A DNA stretch of 64,000 nt. It comes from Eledone cirrhosa. Its lineage: Eukaryota. This document shows, in pieces, positions 61,373 through 64,000 of the stretch (the first letter of the stretch is position 1; every line of letters begins with the position of its first letter). Where the stretch lies: positions 14,136,001 to 14,200,000 of the forward strand of contig OZ024758.1 in assembly GCA_964016885.1 (NCBI GenBank), read 5' to 3'. A model generated the notes under the pieces. That model saw only the letters and a program-made list of their open reading frames with translations, was not told where the DNA came from and did not search any database. The position numbers and the translations under genes are program-made.

Positions 61373-63376
61373 GATATATTTTGGGTCTGATAAAGTAGTT
61401 TTCGATTTAAAATAAAGTGATTTATTTATTTTTTTGGTAAATTCTAAATGTATTTTCATTATCTGAAACAGGAAAAAAAATATAAGATAAGATATTTTTT
61501 TATTTATAAGTGATAGTATGTGTTATTGTTAAAATTAAAGCTAATGTTAGCCTTCCCCACTATACAAAATGTTTAAGAAACGTGGGTTTTCTGTCATTCT
61601 TTAATTGTAAGAATTAATATGTACGTTTTCTTGAGATATACGAGATTGTTGTCTTCCTTTCGCTATACTGAAATAAAAGCTAGCAACCAATAAATAAAAT
61701 AAAAGAGGGGAGATAACTATAATAAAATATGTAAGAGTTATCTATCGTGAAATACACGATTTTTTATTTATTTGTTCTCTAAGTTTAGTTTGTGGAGATA
61801 AATCATTGCTTTAGTCATTTTAATGTCAGATACAGATAGCTGGTGTGAATGTTTTTATATATATTACACATTTTATTTCATGAATACAACGAGCTAAAGA
61901 ATCGTATGATTAAATGCTTCCAAACCATCTCACCCCTCACACCTACACACAGCAATAATAAATACTAAACTACATAATCCAAACCAATGCGTCTTTTTTT
62001 TTTACGATGATAGGTATTGGAGATTTGACTGCCATATATTGCAAGTCAAGCGAATATGTAGAGACTCCCATATTGCTCCAAACGATATAAGTTTAATTAT
62101 ATTGGTCTATTTATCTGATGTATTTCTTGTTTTAGATTTGACTGCTATTTCTTGAAAGTCGAGCAATCACATAGAGGCTCGGAGACCAGAGCCAGGCAGG
62201 GGGGGGGGGGGGGGGGGGGGTTGCAGTTACACCTTAGGGTGGTGTACGATGTGCTTCCACTCCTGCCTAATATTAAATGGTGGGGCTACAGGTCTAGAAT
62301 GACGATGCTATTTTTCATTGGTGTGGAGGTTACACATCGTTGGAGCATATTCTGAAAGAATGCAAATAATCTTAATGTTTGACGGTGGATTGGTAGTGCC
62401 AGTAGAGCGTCAGACACCATGCTTCGCGACATAGAGTTACGACTCTTTACGTTCTGACTTCAAATCCCGCCGAGGTTAGCTTTGCTTTTCATCCTTACAG
62501 GTCGATAAAATAAAGTACCAGTAATGCACTGGTTCCATTTGATCGACTTTCCCTTCCCCTAAAATTGTTGGCCTTGTTCCTAAATCAGAAAACATCAAAA
62601 TATAATATAAAAATGTGAGTGTACACCTGTAAAGTGGTTGGCGTTAGGTGAATTGTTCAGTTATAGAAATCTTACCGAAATGACGTTGTTATCTGACCTA
62701 TCTAGTCCCAGACCGTGACAACCCGTCTGACCCATGCCAGCATGGAAAACTGACGCAAAATAATGACGATGATGATGTATTTATCGTTACCTTTTGTACT
62801 GGCAGCAGTTCGTATGTCCACCCCTTTCGCCTACCTTTTGTTGTTTGCGGACCTAGATGTGTGCTTGCGTTTTTTTTTCTTTTTCCTTTTTCTTTCTTTT
62901 TACTCTTTTTATTTGTAATATTATGATGATGATGGTTATGTTAACAATAAAATATAGTATGATATGTGTGCGTGTGCGCACACACACACATATATATACA
63001 CATACACACTCAAGCAAATAACATGCCATACTCAGTTTATTTCACACTTCCTAACTTGGTTGCGAAGATATCCATCCATCCATTTATATGCTAAACGTGT
63101 TTTTAACCTACTCGGCGAAACAATACAACAAATATTTTTATTACATACTTTATATCACTTTGTGTTATCCATAGTTTACATTCGCTCCTATGCAACCATG
63201 ATAACTCTTAGGTGTTTCCTTGGAGAAGTAAAGTGTGTTATGCAGAACTGTTCTTATCAGGTAAATTACTTTTGTTTATAGCAACAACTATTAAGACTTT
63301 TTGGCATAATCATCATCATCCAACTATCCATTCAGACATAAGTCTGTAAAAGTCTGAGAAAATATCTAAAGTCATG

Positions 63377-63458
63377 TCAGTTTGTTCTCTTGGTAATCGT
63401 AGCCGCTGAGTCATTCTTTGTCTCCGATAACTGTCGCCAGCCAGCATTACGACTTTCC
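63377..63458 (-). CDS. Possible terminal exon of a gene lying beyond the window end
   Basis: Non-repetitive island reading ESRNAGWRQLSETKNDSAATITKRTN* after a weak AG. No recognisable domain. Confidence 0.25.
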
Positions 63459-63489
63459 CTTGATACATATATGTGCGTGTATATGTATG

Positions 63490-63537
<48 letters not shown>

Positions 63538-63875
63538 ATATTATATATATATAATTTCCCACCACAAAGGGATCTGTAACAGACAGGCTGAAGCACCCCC
63601 CCCCCCCCCCATATGCACATACACTCTCTAAAACGATATTTCAAAAATAGAATTTCTTTTACACCCCTACTGTTGCCGATCCCATAGAATTTGTCTCTAG
63701 CTTACAATTCCCCTCTTTGCCACCGCCATCTGAACTCTTGACCAGTCCATTAACACAACTGAGATACACACACATATTTACAGAATATTTCCTTTGTCCC
63801 TATGGTTACCCCCCGATTGAACCCGGGACTCGCACACATACATATATAGATACAAACACACACACACATTATATA

Positions 63876-63915
<40 letters not shown>

Positions 63916-64000
63916 CACAGTTTATTTCCATCCTTATATAGTACTTGAACTGTTTTCTTGTCTTTCTTTTTAAAATAATTTATATTTGATAAATAACTTT

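Noticed and set aside
62199-62220. Poly-G runs (also 654-664, 3262-3275 and poly-C at 29255) as functional G-quadruplexes
   Set aside because: Simple homopolymers of unreliable length with no supporting context.
63248-63260. ctgttcttatcag, identical to a short stretch of U2 snRNA
   Set aside because: Only 13 nt match and the flanks do not resemble U2; likely chance.

Overview
AT-rich, microsatellite- and SINE-dense animal genomic DNA. The repeat families and gene content point to a coleoid cephalopod, probably Octopus (inference). I reconstructed five protein-coding loci by hand from splice signals and reading frame. (1) A 16-coding-exon kinesin-14 (KIFC3-like) gene on + (4937-20775, 738 aa). 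(2,3) Two intact, divergently oriented RPL21 genes with intronless CDS (24750-25232 minus, 31466-31948 plus); their middles are nearly identical while their ends are about 20% diverged. (4) A giant single-coding-exon C2H2 zinc-finger gene on minus (35948-42580) with six copies of a three-finger module that keep the same recognition helices. (5) A 12-exon mitochondrial EF-Tu (TUFM) gene on minus (48952-61295, 461 aa). Non-coding DNA holds about 18 copies of a TTAA-flanked piggyBac-type MITE concentrated in the two multi-exon genes, several SINE families, and CR1, RTE and CRE-like LINE fragments. It also holds Penelope-like fold-back elements with hammerhead-ribozyme motifs, including a perfect 158-bp inverted repeat that encodes a hammerhead on each strand. 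No rRNA, tRNA gene or CRISPR array was seen.
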